Shown piece by piece: positions 39,829 to 50,724 of a DNA stretch of 64,000 nucleotides. The position numbers were made by a program, and so were the translations under genes. The stretch's first letter is position 1; each line of letters begins with the position of its first letter. This DNA comes from Candidatus Kryptoniota bacterium. GTDB lineage: Bacteria > Bacteroidota > Ignavibacteria > Kryptoniales > JAKASW01. A model generated the notes under the pieces. That model made no database searches. It had not been told where the DNA came from and saw only the letters and a list, made by a program, of their open reading frames with translations. Location of the stretch: the NCBI GenBank assembly GCA_046706745.1, contig JBJKPC010000034.1, forward strand, positions 18,263 through 82,262, in the 5' to 3' direction.

Positions 39829-41172
39829 CTAAGAGAGCCCACCATCTAAAGAGCGGTCATTTACTTTCCCGAATCTCCCTCTCGTTACATAGAGAAGCAC
39901 AACGGCGGCAGCAAGGCTTGAGAAGGACAGGATCAGGAACGGGATCAGCATCTGGTTGTGAGTCATCTGGCGAATCTCACCTATTAACGATGGGCCGAGG
40001 TATCCGCCCAGATTTCCTATCGAGTTTATCCAGGCAATTCCGGCTGCAACAGCTGCACCGGAAAGGATTTCTGCCGGGATAGCCCAGAAACAAGAGAAGG
40101 CAGACATGAAACCGATGGCGGCGACAGTGATGGCGGCTAGGGATTCAACGGGCGTCAGACCGGGGATACCCGCGACTGCAAAGCCTGCAGCTGCAAGGAG
40201 GATCGCCCCTGCCAGATGCCAGCGTCTTTCCCCTGTCTTGTCGGAATGGTGACCATATAGGATCATTGCAATGGCCGAAAGCCCCCAAGGAATTGTGGAG
40301 ATGAGCCCTATATCCCAATAATTCCGGGTGATGCCGTCCTTTATTATTTCAGGGAGCCAGAATGTCAAGCCGTAATTTCCAATAATTATCCCGAGGTAGA
40401 CTATGCAAAAGGCCCATACAGTTTTGCTTCGAAAAGCATCCGAGAATCGGTGATCCGTCACGCCTCGCGTTTTCTTGGCCAGTTCCTCTTCCTCGAGTCG
40501 CTGTGTCAAAAGGTCTTTCTCATCCTGGCTGAGCCATTTCGCATGGGCCGGATCATCACTCAGAATGAAATATGTCGAAAGCCCCGCCAGGACTGCGGGG
40601 ATAGCCTCGATGACGAACAGCCACTGCCACGCCTTCAACGAACCGACAGAACTCATCTCTTCGAGGATCCAGCCTGAAACCGCGCCCCCGAGTGCACTCG
40701 ACAAAGCCATCGCACTCATAAAATATCCCGTGATTTTCGCACGGGATTTTACCGTGTACCAGAATGTCAGATACAAAATTACGCCGGGGAAGAAACCAGA
40801 CTCAACCACTCCCAACGCGAAACGCAATATATAGAACGATGCCTCGGTATATGCAAACATAGTAGCGGCCGAAACGAGGCCCCAGATTATCATTACGGGG
40901 GTGATAAGAGCTCTCGCACCTATTCTTCTCATTATCATGTTGCTGGGCACTTCAAAAATGAAGTAGCCTATAAAAAAAATCCCGGCGCCGATCCCATATA
41001 CCGTATCTGTGAAATAGCGGAGATCCGAATGCATTTGAAGCTCCGCGAAGCCCACATTGACGCGAGAGATATACGAGACCACGTAGCACAAGAACAAAAA
41101 CGGCATGAGTCTCAGCGTGACTTTCCGATACGTCGCCTTTTCAAATTCCGGAGTGAAAGTTTTTCCTTCCAT
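39829..41172 (-). CDS. MFS transporter, anion:cation symporter (TtuB-like) family
   Basis: RVNVGFA, GIFFIGY.IFEVPSN, ESGFFPG, WQWLFVIEAIP, INSIGNLGG. Confidence 0.93.
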   Translation of the reverse strand: MEGKTFTPEFEKATYRKVTLRLMPFLFLCYVVSYISRVNVGFAELQMHSDLRYFTDTVYGIGAGIFFIGYFIFEVPSNMIMRRIGARALITPVMIIWGLVSAATMFAYTEASFYILRFALGVVESGFFPGVILYLTFWYTVKSRAKITGYFMSAMALSSALGGAVSGWILEEMSSVGSLKAWQWLFVIEAIPAVLAGLSTYFILSDDPAHAKWLSQDEKDLLTQRLEEEELAKKTRGVTDHRFSDAFRSKTVWAFCIVYLGIIIGNYGLTFWLPEIIKDGITRNYWDIGLISTIPWGLSAIAMILYGHHSDKTGERRWHLAGAILLAAAGFAVAGIPGLTPVESLAAITVAAIGFMSAFSCFWAIPAEILSGAAVAAGIAWINSIGNLGGYLGPSLIGEIRQMTHNQMLIPFLILSFSSLAAAVVLLYVTRGRFGKVNDRSLDGGLS

Positions 41173-41629
41173 TCCTGTCTCCTCTGATGTCCTCCGAATT
41201 ATTGACTACCGGCCACATGTACTGGCATGCTTCGTCAAGAGCGGCATGAAGCACCACCGCCGCCACCCAGCAGTTCGGTCTGTCAAAGTTGTGTTGATCT
41301 TGGATCCCCTTTTCATCATTGGTACGCCGGGTTCACTGACAATGCTCCCTTTCAACTCTCTCACGTTTTGCGAAAGCCGTATCTTCCTCACGCTTAAATA
41401 TCTTGCCCGGAGTATCTTGTACCCTGAATGCATAAGGTTAGGTAATTCGAATCGAAATTCCAATTTCTCCAACATTGACGGCACAGATTGTTGCTCGAAC
41501 TCGACTGCCCCGGTATTCTCGTAAATTACAAAGCATTGCCTCTCTCCTCCGGCCGACGAGTTGAAACCTATCACGACTAATCCCGTAAACTGGGACATAG
41601 ACATTGAAGCTTACAGGAGGACGAAAGAA

Positions 41630-42739
41630 ATGCCCAAGAAGAAGGGGAAAAAGAAGTGGTTGGTATTCGGCACGCTGACCTTATTTGCTTTGAGCTTAAT
41701 CACTCTCTTCATTATTAAGTCGGCTTCCGGGAAAAATTCCGGAAGCCTGCCCGCCGTTACGGTAAAAAGAGGAACGATAGCAGTAAAGGCTCTCGCAGTC
41801 GGCACAATAGAGCCGGAAAATGAAATCTCGATCAAGTCCCGCGTCAGCGGCGTCGTGGGGAAACTTTATGTCGATGTCGGATCTTACGTGCATGCAGGGG
41901 ATCCATTGATAGAGGTCAGACCCGATCCGACACCGGTAGAACTCGCCGACGCCAAACGCCAGGTCGAGCTGGCCCGGGTCGATTTCAATAACATAAAAGC
42001 TCAGGAACACCGGCAGAAACTGCTTTATCAGAAATCGCTCCTCTCCGTTCAGGACTACGACAACACTGTCATGGCGTACAAGGAGGCCGAGCTGCATCTG
42101 AAGATGGCGAAGGAATCGCTCCAACTCATGCAATCCGGATCGGTTACCATAGACGGCACTAAGATTCAGTCAATAATATATGCACCTATAACCGGTTACA
42201 TATTGACCCGGTCGGTCGAAGTCGGGGACCCTGTCATTCCTCTCACATCTTACCAGGAGGGGACCGTGCTCATGCAGATGGCAAACATGAGCCACCTCGT
42301 ATTCAAAGGGACGGTAGATGAGATCGACGTCGGCAGCCTCAAAGTGGGGATGCCGGCCGAGTTGAGCATTGGTGCGCTTCCTGGCGACACGATAAGCGGG
42401 ACTCTTTCGAAGATTTGGCTTCAGGGTGAGACCAAAGAAAACTCGACAGTATTTCCCGTGGAAATCTCGATCTCAAACGCCAGACATGTCACCTTGCGAG
42501 CGGGCTATTCAGCCAATGCCGCCATCATCACGCAGAAAAAGACCGACATTCTCTATATCCCCGAGCGCGTGGTAACATTCAGGAACGACTCTTCATTTGT
42601 CAGGCTGCCGTCTAACGGAAACAAACCGGTGGAACGAGCCATCAGGACAGGGATCAGCGACGCCATAAACATACAGGTCGTCTCAGGTCTGGAAAAAGGA
42701 GAGAAAGTCCTCGAGAAACCCGTAGTCAAGATCCAGTGA
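41630..42739 (+). CDS. Efflux periplasmic adaptor subunit (MacA-like)
   Basis: GGAGG RBS; N-terminal TM; IKSRVSGVV, IYAPITG, VDEIDVG, TGISD..IQVVSGL. Confidence 0.92.
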   Translation: MPKKKGKKKWLVFGTLTLFALSLITLFIIKSASGKNSGSLPAVTVKRGTIAVKALAVGTIEPENEISIKSRVSGVVGKLYVDVGSYVHAGDPLIEVRPDPTPVELADAKRQVELARVDFNNIKAQEHRQKLLYQKSLLSVQDYDNTVMAYKEAELHLKMAKESLQLMQSGSVTIDGTKIQSIIYAPITGYILTRSVEVGDPVIPLTSYQEGTVLMQMANMSHLVFKGTVDEIDVGSLKVGMPAELSIGALPGDTISGTLSKIWLQGETKENSTVFPVEISISNARHVTLRAGYSANAAIITQKKTDILYIPERVVTFRNDSSFVRLPSNGNKPVERAIRTGISDAINIQVVSGLEKGEKVLEKPVVKIQ

Positions 42740-42748
42740 CGGTATAAG

Positions 42749-43984
42749 ATGGCGATGTTCACAAGCTTTCTCGCTGAGTTTTTTGCCGACCTCCGTGCGC
42801 AGAAGATGCGGACCTTCCTGACGATGTTCGGGATCATATGGGGCACCGTAACCATCATAGTTCTGATTTCGGTGGGACTCGGATTCAAGAAGCAGTCGAT
42901 GATAAACATGCACGGAATAGGAGAGGACATCTCTATCCTTTTTCCCGGCAAGACTACAAAGCCCTATCAGGGCTTCGGAATCGGAAGAGAGATCCACCTT
43001 ACCGAAGAAGCGGTTTCCGTTATCCGCGCGAAGGTGCCGGATATCAGCGAGATCTGCCCGGAATATATCCGTACACAGACTCCGATCCGTTACGGGACGG
43101 ACATAATGAACCCGGGAATTACCGGAATCTATCCGGTTTACGGAAAGATGAGAAACATCATACCGGCGGAGGGAGGAAGGTTCATCGATACGCTGGACGT
43201 GGCGGGAAGAAAGCGAGTCGTTGTGCTCGGTAACAGAGTGAAGGACTACCTGTTTGACAGTACAAATGCTGTCGGGAAAACTGTCTACATAGGCGCAACT
43301 CCTTTCATTGTGATCGGAGTGATGATGCCGAAGGTTCAGAATTCTTCCTACTACACACAGGACGCCGACAGAGTGTTCATTCCCGCTCCGACATACACCG
43401 CCCTTTTCGGGACTCAATACCTGACGGACATCATATACAAAACGTCAAGGATGTCAGAAACCGCTCTTGTCGAGAAAAATGTGCGCCGGGCGCTAAGCCA
43501 GGAATACCGTTTCGATCCGACAGACCACGACGCCCTCCAGATCTGGAACACTGCAGATTTCGAGAAGATACTCGATTATATCACGATCGGGTTCACTCTC
43601 TTCCTCGGCATAATCGGGAGTTTCACCCTGGGCGTCGCCGGACTCGGAGTGGCGAACATAATGCTTATCGTCGTCCAGGAACGCACCAAGGAAATCGGAG
43701 TCAAGAGAGCGGCGGGCGCAAAGAGGTCGACGATACTCTTTCAATTTTTTGCTGAGACATTCATGATCGTTGGATTGGGTGCGGCAATCGGCTTTCTCAT
43801 CGGCTGGGGAATAGTGTCGCTTCTTCAGCTTGTTCCCGTCAAGGAATATGTCGGAACACCGCAGATGTCCCTGCCCGTGATAGCGGTAACGATTCTGATA
43901 CTCGGCATCATTGGGATAACGTCGGGTATGATGCCTGCCCGTCGGGCTGCGGACATGAACGTCGTAGAAAGCCTGAGAGACTGA
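42749..43984 (+). CDS. MacB/FtsX-like ABC permease
   Basis: RTFLTMFGIIWG, GRFI, VQERTKEIGVKRAAGA, PARRAA. Confidence 0.92.
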   Translation: MAMFTSFLAEFFADLRAQKMRTFLTMFGIIWGTVTIIVLISVGLGFKKQSMINMHGIGEDISILFPGKTTKPYQGFGIGREIHLTEEAVSVIRAKVPDISEICPEYIRTQTPIRYGTDIMNPGITGIYPVYGKMRNIIPAEGGRFIDTLDVAGRKRVVVLGNRVKDYLFDSTNAVGKTVYIGATPFIVIGVMMPKVQNSSYYTQDADRVFIPAPTYTALFGTQYLTDIIYKTSRMSETALVEKNVRRALSQEYRFDPTDHDALQIWNTADFEKILDYITIGFTLFLGIIGSFTLGVAGLGVANIMLIVVQERTKEIGVKRAAGAKRSTILFQFFAETFMIVGLGAAIGFLIGWGIVSLLQLVPVKEYVGTPQMSLPVIAVTILILGIIGITSGMMPARRAADMNVVESLRD

Positions 43985-44009
43985 TGAATTCACAGGAAGG
44001 CAAACCGTC

Positions 44010-45251
44010 ATGATGATCGAGCTGATTAAGGAATTTCTTCACGATATGGGCAACCATAGAATGAGGACCGCGTTGACATTGATTGCGATTGCCTGGGGGA
44101 CGCTTTCCGTGGTATTGCTCCTGGCTTTCGGTTCCGGTTTCGGCGAAGCAATGGAAGAGGGTATGGTAAATGCCTGGAACAGGGTTGTAATCCTGTACGG
44201 CGGCGAAACCGGGGAAGTCTTTCACGGTCTGCCGAAAGACCGACCTATACGACTTACTGAGGCAGATGCCGCGCTGCTAAAAGAGACAGTGCCGGATATA
44301 GTCATGATCAGTCCGGAGTACGAAAAGAACGTCGAGCTTCAATACGGCAAGACACACTTGACGACGGAATGCGAGGGAGCTGGTCCGTCGTTCGAGGTGA
44401 TGCGCACGATGTATCCGCAAGCCGGCGGCCGGTTCATCGATGCGAACGATATCAAGTACAGGAAGCGCAGTCTTTTTCTCGGGCCCACTGTGGCCCACCA
44501 CCTTTTCAAAGGAGCAAACCCGGTCGGGAAAACGGTAATGCTGGATAAAGTCCCGTTTACCGTTATAGGCATCATGGAAAAGAAACTGCAGACTTCGATG
44601 AACAACGGTCCGGATTCATGGAGGGCAATAATACCTTATTCGACCTTCAGAATTATTTACGGAATGAAGTATGTCAACTCGATTCTCATCCGAGGCTTCG
44701 CGCCGAGCACACAGGCTCGAATGATAAACGATATCAGGAAAGTACTTGCGGCGAAATACAGGTTCGATCCCACCGACGACCGCGCGCTCAACATGTTCGA
44801 TACCATGAGAATCGACGAGATGATCAAGAAGATTACGCTTGGACTCGAAATCTTTCTCGGTGCGGTCGGATTCTTCACGCTAATGATAGCGGGAGTGGGC
44901 GTTGCCAATGTTATGTACGTGGTGGTAAAAGAAAGAACACGCGAAATAGGTATTAAATTGGCAGTGGGAGCGAAAAAGACTTACGTGCTTTGGCAATTCG
45001 TCTTCGAGACTCTTCTTATATCACTCCTCGGAGGAACGACGGGCCTCCTTCTCTCATGGGGAATAGTGGCAGCGACAGGCCTTCTCAATACAAGCAGCGG
45101 CGCTTTGAGATTCCTGGGGAGGCCGGCGCTTTCTGTCGGAATCATGTTATTTACGGTGATCGCTTTGACATTGATAGGACTGCTGGCGGGAGTGTTCCCT
45201 GCGCGGCGGGCAGCAAGTGTCGATCCGGTCGAATCTTTGCGGTACGAATAG
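44010..45251 (+). CDS. MacB/FtsX-like ABC permease
   Basis: RTALTLIAIAWG, VKERTREIGIKLAVGA, PARRAASVDPVESLRYE. Confidence 0.92.
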   Translation: MMIELIKEFLHDMGNHRMRTALTLIAIAWGTLSVVLLLAFGSGFGEAMEEGMVNAWNRVVILYGGETGEVFHGLPKDRPIRLTEADAALLKETVPDIVMISPEYEKNVELQYGKTHLTTECEGAGPSFEVMRTMYPQAGGRFIDANDIKYRKRSLFLGPTVAHHLFKGANPVGKTVMLDKVPFTVIGIMEKKLQTSMNNGPDSWRAIIPYSTFRIIYGMKYVNSILIRGFAPSTQARMINDIRKVLAAKYRFDPTDDRALNMFDTMRIDEMIKKITLGLEIFLGAVGFFTLMIAGVGVANVMYVVVKERTREIGIKLAVGAKKTYVLWQFVFETLLISLLGGTTGLLLSWGIVAATGLLNTSSGALRFLGRPALSVGIMLFTVIALTLIGLLAGVFPARRAASVDPVESLRYE

Positions 45252-45856
45252 AATATCGGGAATTGAAATCCACTGCGTACACCGAGGCATTGTGCTGCGA
45301 ATTTGGGGTCATCAATTACGGACTGTCAGAATAGGGGGAAGTCGCCGTAATAATCTGAGATGACGAGACTACCGGGTCTATGACACGGGAATTGGGCGCT
45401 GGGCCACTTCCTTCAGTCAAAGCAAGAAAAACATCAGGGGTCTGTTGGTATTAGCGCTGTTGGGACATGTTGTTTTGTCGACGCCATCTCTCCACGATCT
45501 TTGAATCCTAACCGCAGATTGCTTAATTTTCTAACGTGATGGGGAAGAGAACAGTGGTGCACACAGAACCTCAGCTTGAAATATGGCACGGCATCGCCCG
45601 CCTTTAAGAAACCCGTTAGACCCGCTCATTGTCACACTAGGTGCCGGGAGCAGGTGTAGACGACGGAATATACTACTTATAATCATGTGTACTCCCGATA
45701 GCTGCCGCGGGGGGCGGTAACTGCACTGTCAATAGCACGGATCTAAAGGTACACTTTACAATAAAATTACCGGCTTGATGCCGGCCTTGCACTGAAGCTC
45801 CAAAATAAGCAGCACGAAAAGCACAAAAAAAACTCGACCGGGAAAATTACGCGGCA

Positions 45857-47308
45857 ATGAAACCAGAACATGAACAAAGAAACCAGGTTGCAGCAGCACT
45901 CGATGAAGCTACTTTAAGTCTGTTCCATTTGCGGGCCGTCTTGATATCTGGTGTCGGCTTCTTCACAGATGCATACGATTTATTCGTCATTGGGGCGGCA
46001 ATGCTCTTGATCCAGAGCCAATGGCATTTGAATAGCGCGACTATTGGACTTCTGGGAAGCACTTCACTCATCGCCGCCTTTGTCGGCGCGTTTGTTTTCG
46101 GACGCCTGGCCGATTTGTGGGGACGGAAGAAGATGTACGGCCTAGAAGCCACCATCATGGCTGTTGGTTCCCTGGCATCGGCCTTTTCGCCTAATATCGC
46201 CTGGCTCATCGTCACCCGGTTTGTCCTCGGTTTGGGAATTGGAGGCGATTATCCGGTGAGCGCCGTTATCATGAGTGAATATGCGAATCGGAAAGACCGT
46301 GGAAAACTTGTGGGAATGGTGTTTTCCATGCAGGCCGTGGGCCTGATCCTCGGCCCGATCGTCGCCTTGACACTGGTGGCAAGCGGAATGAGTCATGATT
46401 TAGCGTGGCGCTTGATGTTGGCACTCGGCGCGCTGCCGGCTTTGTCCGTCATATATTTTCGCCGTAGAATGCCGGAGTCGCCACGCTATGTCAGCCAGGT
46501 TTTGGGCCGCGAACAGGACGCGGCAGAAAGTCTGCGCACATATTCCGGCGGTCAGGTCAAAGTCCATGAAATGAACGACGGTGAAGGCCGCATACGGCTT
46601 TCAGCATGGAGTTTCTTGACTGATCGGCGATTGTTAAAGACATTGATCGGAACGGCCGGAGCATGGTTCCTGTTCGACTACGCTTATTATGGAAATTCAA
46701 TTTCCACACCGTTAATTATGAAATTGATTGCTCCCCACGCCGGCCTGGTTACGAATTTAGCCTGGTCGGTCATTATTTTTTCCGTCGCCGCTGTCCCGGG
46801 TTACGTTCTCGCCTTCTTGAATATCGACCGGATCGGGCACAGGCGGCTCCAGCTTATCGGCTTTGCCGTCATGGGCCTGGCATTCCTGGCTATCGCGACA
46901 ATTCCGGGTATAACTTCGATGGCGATCCCATTCCTCCTGCTCTACGGCATCAGTTACTTCTTCGCGGAATTCGGTCCGAATACCACAACTTTTGTACTCC
47001 CTGCAGAACTCTTCCCGGTAAGCCTACGGACAACGGGGCACGGGTTATCGGCCGGCATTGCCAAACTGGGCGCATTTGTCGGAGTCTTCGCCTTCCCGAT
47101 TTTGACGGAAAGCCTCGGCCTGAGCGGTACTCTGAGGGTGACCTTTGTGTTTGCCGTAGCCGGTTTCCTGGTGACTCTCCTGCTTCCTGAGCCGGCCATG
47201 AAATCCATGGAAAGTATTAGCGCAAGAATGGGAAGCGCCGAGCCGACACTGGGAAGTCATAATACAAGGAAAGTAAGTGGTGAGAAGGCCGCCGTGGAGC
47301 AAGACTAG
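45857..47308 (+). CDS. MFS transporter, phosphate:H+ symporter (Pho84-like) family
   Basis: GFFTDAYDLF, GIGGDYPVSAVIMSEYA, WFLFDYAYYG, FGPNTTTFVLPAELFP, R.TGHGLSA..AK.G. Confidence 0.88.
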   Translation: MKPEHEQRNQVAAALDEATLSLFHLRAVLISGVGFFTDAYDLFVIGAAMLLIQSQWHLNSATIGLLGSTSLIAAFVGAFVFGRLADLWGRKKMYGLEATIMAVGSLASAFSPNIAWLIVTRFVLGLGIGGDYPVSAVIMSEYANRKDRGKLVGMVFSMQAVGLILGPIVALTLVASGMSHDLAWRLMLALGALPALSVIYFRRRMPESPRYVSQVLGREQDAAESLRTYSGGQVKVHEMNDGEGRIRLSAWSFLTDRRLLKTLIGTAGAWFLFDYAYYGNSISTPLIMKLIAPHAGLVTNLAWSVIIFSVAAVPGYVLAFLNIDRIGHRRLQLIGFAVMGLAFLAIATIPGITSMAIPFLLLYGISYFFAEFGPNTTTFVLPAELFPVSLRTTGHGLSAGIAKLGAFVGVFAFPILTESLGLSGTLRVTFVFAVAGFLVTLLLPEPAMKSMESISARMGSAEPTLGSHNTRKVSGEKAAVEQD

Positions 47309-47413
47309 CGCAAATTACCCCGGCTCTGCCCCCTGTCTGCTCTAGTCAGGGATTCGTCTTCGGTGCAGAGGCGCGACCGTATTCCCTCGGCTCGCCCGGC
47401 CGGCTTAGCTCAT

Positions 47414-47524
47414 CCTTCGACTTCGGTTCGCGCCGCTCAGGATGACGATGTTGGGGGGCGAGGCACCCAAAGCAAAGTAAGCAACCGTCACCCTGAGCGA
47501 GGCACTTCAGTGCCGAGTCGAAGG
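47414..47524. repeat. REP/MITE-like inverted repeat between convergent genes
   Basis: CCTTCGACT..CGCTCAGGATGACG pairs with CGTCACCCTGAGCG..AGTCGAAGG. Confidence 0.6.
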
Positions 47525-47547
47525 GCGACGACATTCCAACCGCCGCA

Positions 47548-50271
47548 TCATTTCTTCTTCGTCATGCTCTGCAAAATACCCTTGAGCTTATTCAACTCCT
47601 GGCCATAGTTTGCCCAGTCACCTTTCTTCATATAATTTAGGGCCTTATTATAATGGTCCAGAGCCTCCTGTGCCATGCCGGTCAGTGGTCCTGTCGGAAG
47701 TCCGCTGATGGCTGCCTGTGTCTGGCCGGAGGAAACGGTATCCGCGGAGAATACGGCTCGCAACGCATCGTCCAGGTTATCGCGCATCTGCAGTTTATCC
47801 CCGAGGGCAACGATGACACGTTTTAGTTCCGGCATCTTGCTTTGTTCCGACTGGAGGTAAACAGGCTCCACGTACAGGAAAGAATGCTCAATTGGGATGA
47901 CGAGCAAATTCCCCCGAATCACGCTGGACCCCATTTGATTCCAGAGAGTCAACTCCGAAGAGATATCGGGTTTCTGGTTTATCCGAGCGTCGATTTGGAG
48001 CGGGCCGTAAATCAATTTGTCCTTCGAAAGGCTGTATTCCAGCAGTTGTCCGTAATTGCTGCCGTCGCACCGCGCACACAGCCATGCCACCATGTTATTC
48101 TTGTTTGAGGGCGTGAAAGGCACCATCAGAATAAACTCCTCCGATTTGGTGCCCGGCAATCTCATGATAATGTAATATGGCAGCATCTGCTGCTCTTCCT
48201 GGTGGTAGACTTCTTTCGGCAGACTCCACAAATCTTCCTGGTTGTAGAAGACCTGAGGGTTTGTCATATGGAATGTCCTGAACATGTCTGCCTGGATTTG
48301 GAACAGATCCATGGGGTAACGTATATGCGTCCTCAAAAACGCAGGCATCTCGCTGATAGGTTTGAACAGGGTAGGAAAGATTTTCTCGTACGTCCGGATC
48401 AGCGGATCGGAAGGGTCGATAACGTAATAGGAAACGTCTCCGTTGTAAGCATCGATGACTACCTTTACGGAGTTACGAATGTAATTGATTCCATAGAAGT
48501 TTTGTGCCCCATAGAAAGGCTGCGAATAAGGAAACATGCTCGATGTTGTGTATGCGTCATGAATCCAGTACAACTTGCCGTCCTTGCCCACTACCAGGTA
48601 GGGATCGGAATCGTATCGAAGAAACGGCGCTATGGTCCGATCACGGTCGGTGATGATCCTGTGAAACATGATACGGCTCTCGCTTGTAAGGTAGCCGGTC
48701 AGCAGGATGTTTATGTCCTGAAATTTCCAGGCATAAACCAGTCTTCGAAAGAGGTTTGAGAGCAGGACGCCCCCCCTTCCATGATAGGAGGTGTACACAT
48801 CCTGACTGCCGCTCGGGTAATCGAACTCCTTTGTCTTCGTGTTGACAAGAACATACTGATTGGTCTGCTCACCGTAGTAGATTTGTGGACGGGTAATGGA
48901 TAAGGCGCTCGAGCTGGGAGGGATGTTTTGCACGATCAGATTGGGCATTCCGGCTTCCGTGATCTCGTTTACAGGACTCATGACCAGGCCGTAACCGTGA
49001 GTGTATTTCATATGGATGTTGAGCCATGTTTGCGCGCGGGCAGGAAGCTCCGAAGCAGGAAGTTCTCTGGCCGCGACCGCCACCTCCGTATACTTCCCAT
49101 GGAAATGATACCGGTCCACCTGCACATTACTGAAATTGTAATACAGGCGAATCTCCTGCAATTGCCTGTAAGTTTCGATGAGCGGCCTGGTATCCCAGAG
49201 CCTGATATTGTGTATCGTGGAATCGTTCGCCTGCATCTCGGCGTAGGTCATGGGCTGCCCGACCGGGAAAGGTTCCTCTTCAACCTTATTCAACCCGAAT
49301 CCCAGGCGGGTAAATTTTATGTTATTGAGAATATACGGTGTCTCCATTGTCAGTTCGCTCGGCTTGACCACATACTGTTCGATCAAGCTGGGATAGATCC
49401 AGGAAAAACCTATGAGAACGACAAAGAACAGCCCGACCGAATAGAGGACGTATTTCCATTTGTTGAAGAAAGGGACCAGGAAGAAGAGAATCGCAACAAT
49501 CAGGGATGTGACCAAGACAGTCCAGTAGGCAGGAATCTGTGCATGGACATCCGCGTATGAGGCGCCGTATGCCACACCTGCACTCGAATACATCAAATTG
49601 TAAAGGTTCAGTCGGAACACCAGGGCAATCCCCAGAAAAAACAAACCGCCCAGGACCGCCAGATGAGACCGGGTCTTCTGGTTGACATAGAAACGGTTTC
49701 CTTGGAGGCCGATGGCCTGGTCCATGAAATAGGAAATCACAACTCCCAAGGAGACGATGACCACTGCAAACAAATACCACCCCTGGAAGAAATCATATAG
49801 AGGTAAGCTGAAAACATAGAATCCCGCATCCTTTGAAAAGATCGGGTCGGCTATTCCAAACTTGGAGGCATGCAGAAACTTCAAGAACGTTTCCCATGAG
49901 CCGGATGCCTGTGAACCCATTACAAATGAAAAGAACAGGATAATTGCTGCCCACGAATATTTGGCGAATCTATCACTGAAAGCGATATCGGAGATTCTGA
50001 TGGGACGCTCAGCGGAAGGCATTCTCAAAGAGCGGGTATAGCCTCCGCGTTTCCTCGCAATCGCGATATTTCCCCAGGCAAAGAGCCCGAACAAGATGAA
50101 GAAGATAATGAACAACAGGATCTTTGCCGACAGGATGGTAGTAAATACCGCGCCGTAGCCCAAACTCTGAAACCACAGCCAGTCGCCATAATATCCCACA
50201 AAGAGGGAGAATAGAAGAAGAAGCGCTATAAGAAGGAGGGCAGATGAGACAATTACTAATTTTGTTTTCAT
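47548..50271 (-). CDS. UPF0182 family membrane protein
   Basis: DWLWFQSLGY, DPIFSKDAGFYVF.LP, NIRLWD.RP, YTHGYG, PQIYYGE, NYIRNSVK, RGNLLVIP, LYVEPVY, PELKRVI. Confidence 0.95.
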   Translation of the reverse strand: MKTKLVIVSSALLLIALLLLFSLFVGYYGDWLWFQSLGYGAVFTTILSAKILLFIIFFILFGLFAWGNIAIARKRGGYTRSLRMPSAERPIRISDIAFSDRFAKYSWAAIILFFSFVMGSQASGSWETFLKFLHASKFGIADPIFSKDAGFYVFSLPLYDFFQGWYLFAVVIVSLGVVISYFMDQAIGLQGNRFYVNQKTRSHLAVLGGLFFLGIALVFRLNLYNLMYSSAGVAYGASYADVHAQIPAYWTVLVTSLIVAILFFLVPFFNKWKYVLYSVGLFFVVLIGFSWIYPSLIEQYVVKPSELTMETPYILNNIKFTRLGFGLNKVEEEPFPVGQPMTYAEMQANDSTIHNIRLWDTRPLIETYRQLQEIRLYYNFSNVQVDRYHFHGKYTEVAVAARELPASELPARAQTWLNIHMKYTHGYGLVMSPVNEITEAGMPNLIVQNIPPSSSALSITRPQIYYGEQTNQYVLVNTKTKEFDYPSGSQDVYTSYHGRGGVLLSNLFRRLVYAWKFQDINILLTGYLTSESRIMFHRIITDRDRTIAPFLRYDSDPYLVVGKDGKLYWIHDAYTTSSMFPYSQPFYGAQNFYGINYIRNSVKVVIDAYNGDVSYYVIDPSDPLIRTYEKIFPTLFKPISEMPAFLRTHIRYPMDLFQIQADMFRTFHMTNPQVFYNQEDLWSLPKEVYHQEEQQMLPYYIIMRLPGTKSEEFILMVPFTPSNKNNMVAWLCARCDGSNYGQLLEYSLSKDKLIYGPLQIDARINQKPDISSELTLWNQMGSSVIRGNLLVIPIEHSFLYVEPVYLQSEQSKMPELKRVIVALGDKLQMRDNLDDALRAVFSADTVSSGQTQAAISGLPTGPLTGMAQEALDHYNKALNYMKKGDWANYGQELNKLKGILQSMTKKK

Positions 50272-50724
50272 GATAGACGTCCTTACCGGTCTGTTTCGTA
50301 GCGACCCGTGCCCGGGTTGAAAGCCCATGATAAGTTAGCGCTCCTGTCGAGCATTGGCAAACATAAGTTCGGCGGAGTTTCACTTTGTTCGAGCTACAAA
50401 TTCCCCCGCTCTGCGATGCGCCAAGCGCCTAGAGAATGGGGTTACCGCTTTGCCTCCTCTCGTGTTTAACAGTATCTTGGCGGTCCTTGTGCCAGGGACG
50501 CCTCGCGCCGTCAAGTTCAGATAGATGCATCACAATAATGCCTGTCAGGCGATAACTAATACGTACGAAGGAAGTCCTACTGAGAATTCCCTAGTAGAAT
50601 CTATAACTAGGACGCTGCATGTTTGTGCCTTCGGTCGCAAAGCAGGTTGATTCATGAAGAGGATTCCCCGCCGGGGGTGGTTCTGACGGATCCGACAGGC
50701 GGGGACATCCTTTCTGCGCTGATT

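Noticed and set aside
41206-41604. 132-aa minus-strand ORF between divergent genes
   Set aside because: No recognisable motif or RBS; more likely a divergent promoter region.
45480-45780. Pho-box-like direct repeats upstream of the phosphate transporter
   Set aside because: Only weak TTAC/TAAC matches with inconsistent spacing; not supportable by eye.
50350-50455. c-di-GMP-I riboswitch (GGCAAAC ... GGGGTTACCG)
   Set aside because: The central GNRA stem and GACGCAAA elements are missing, and it is on the wrong strand for the adjacent UPF0182 gene.
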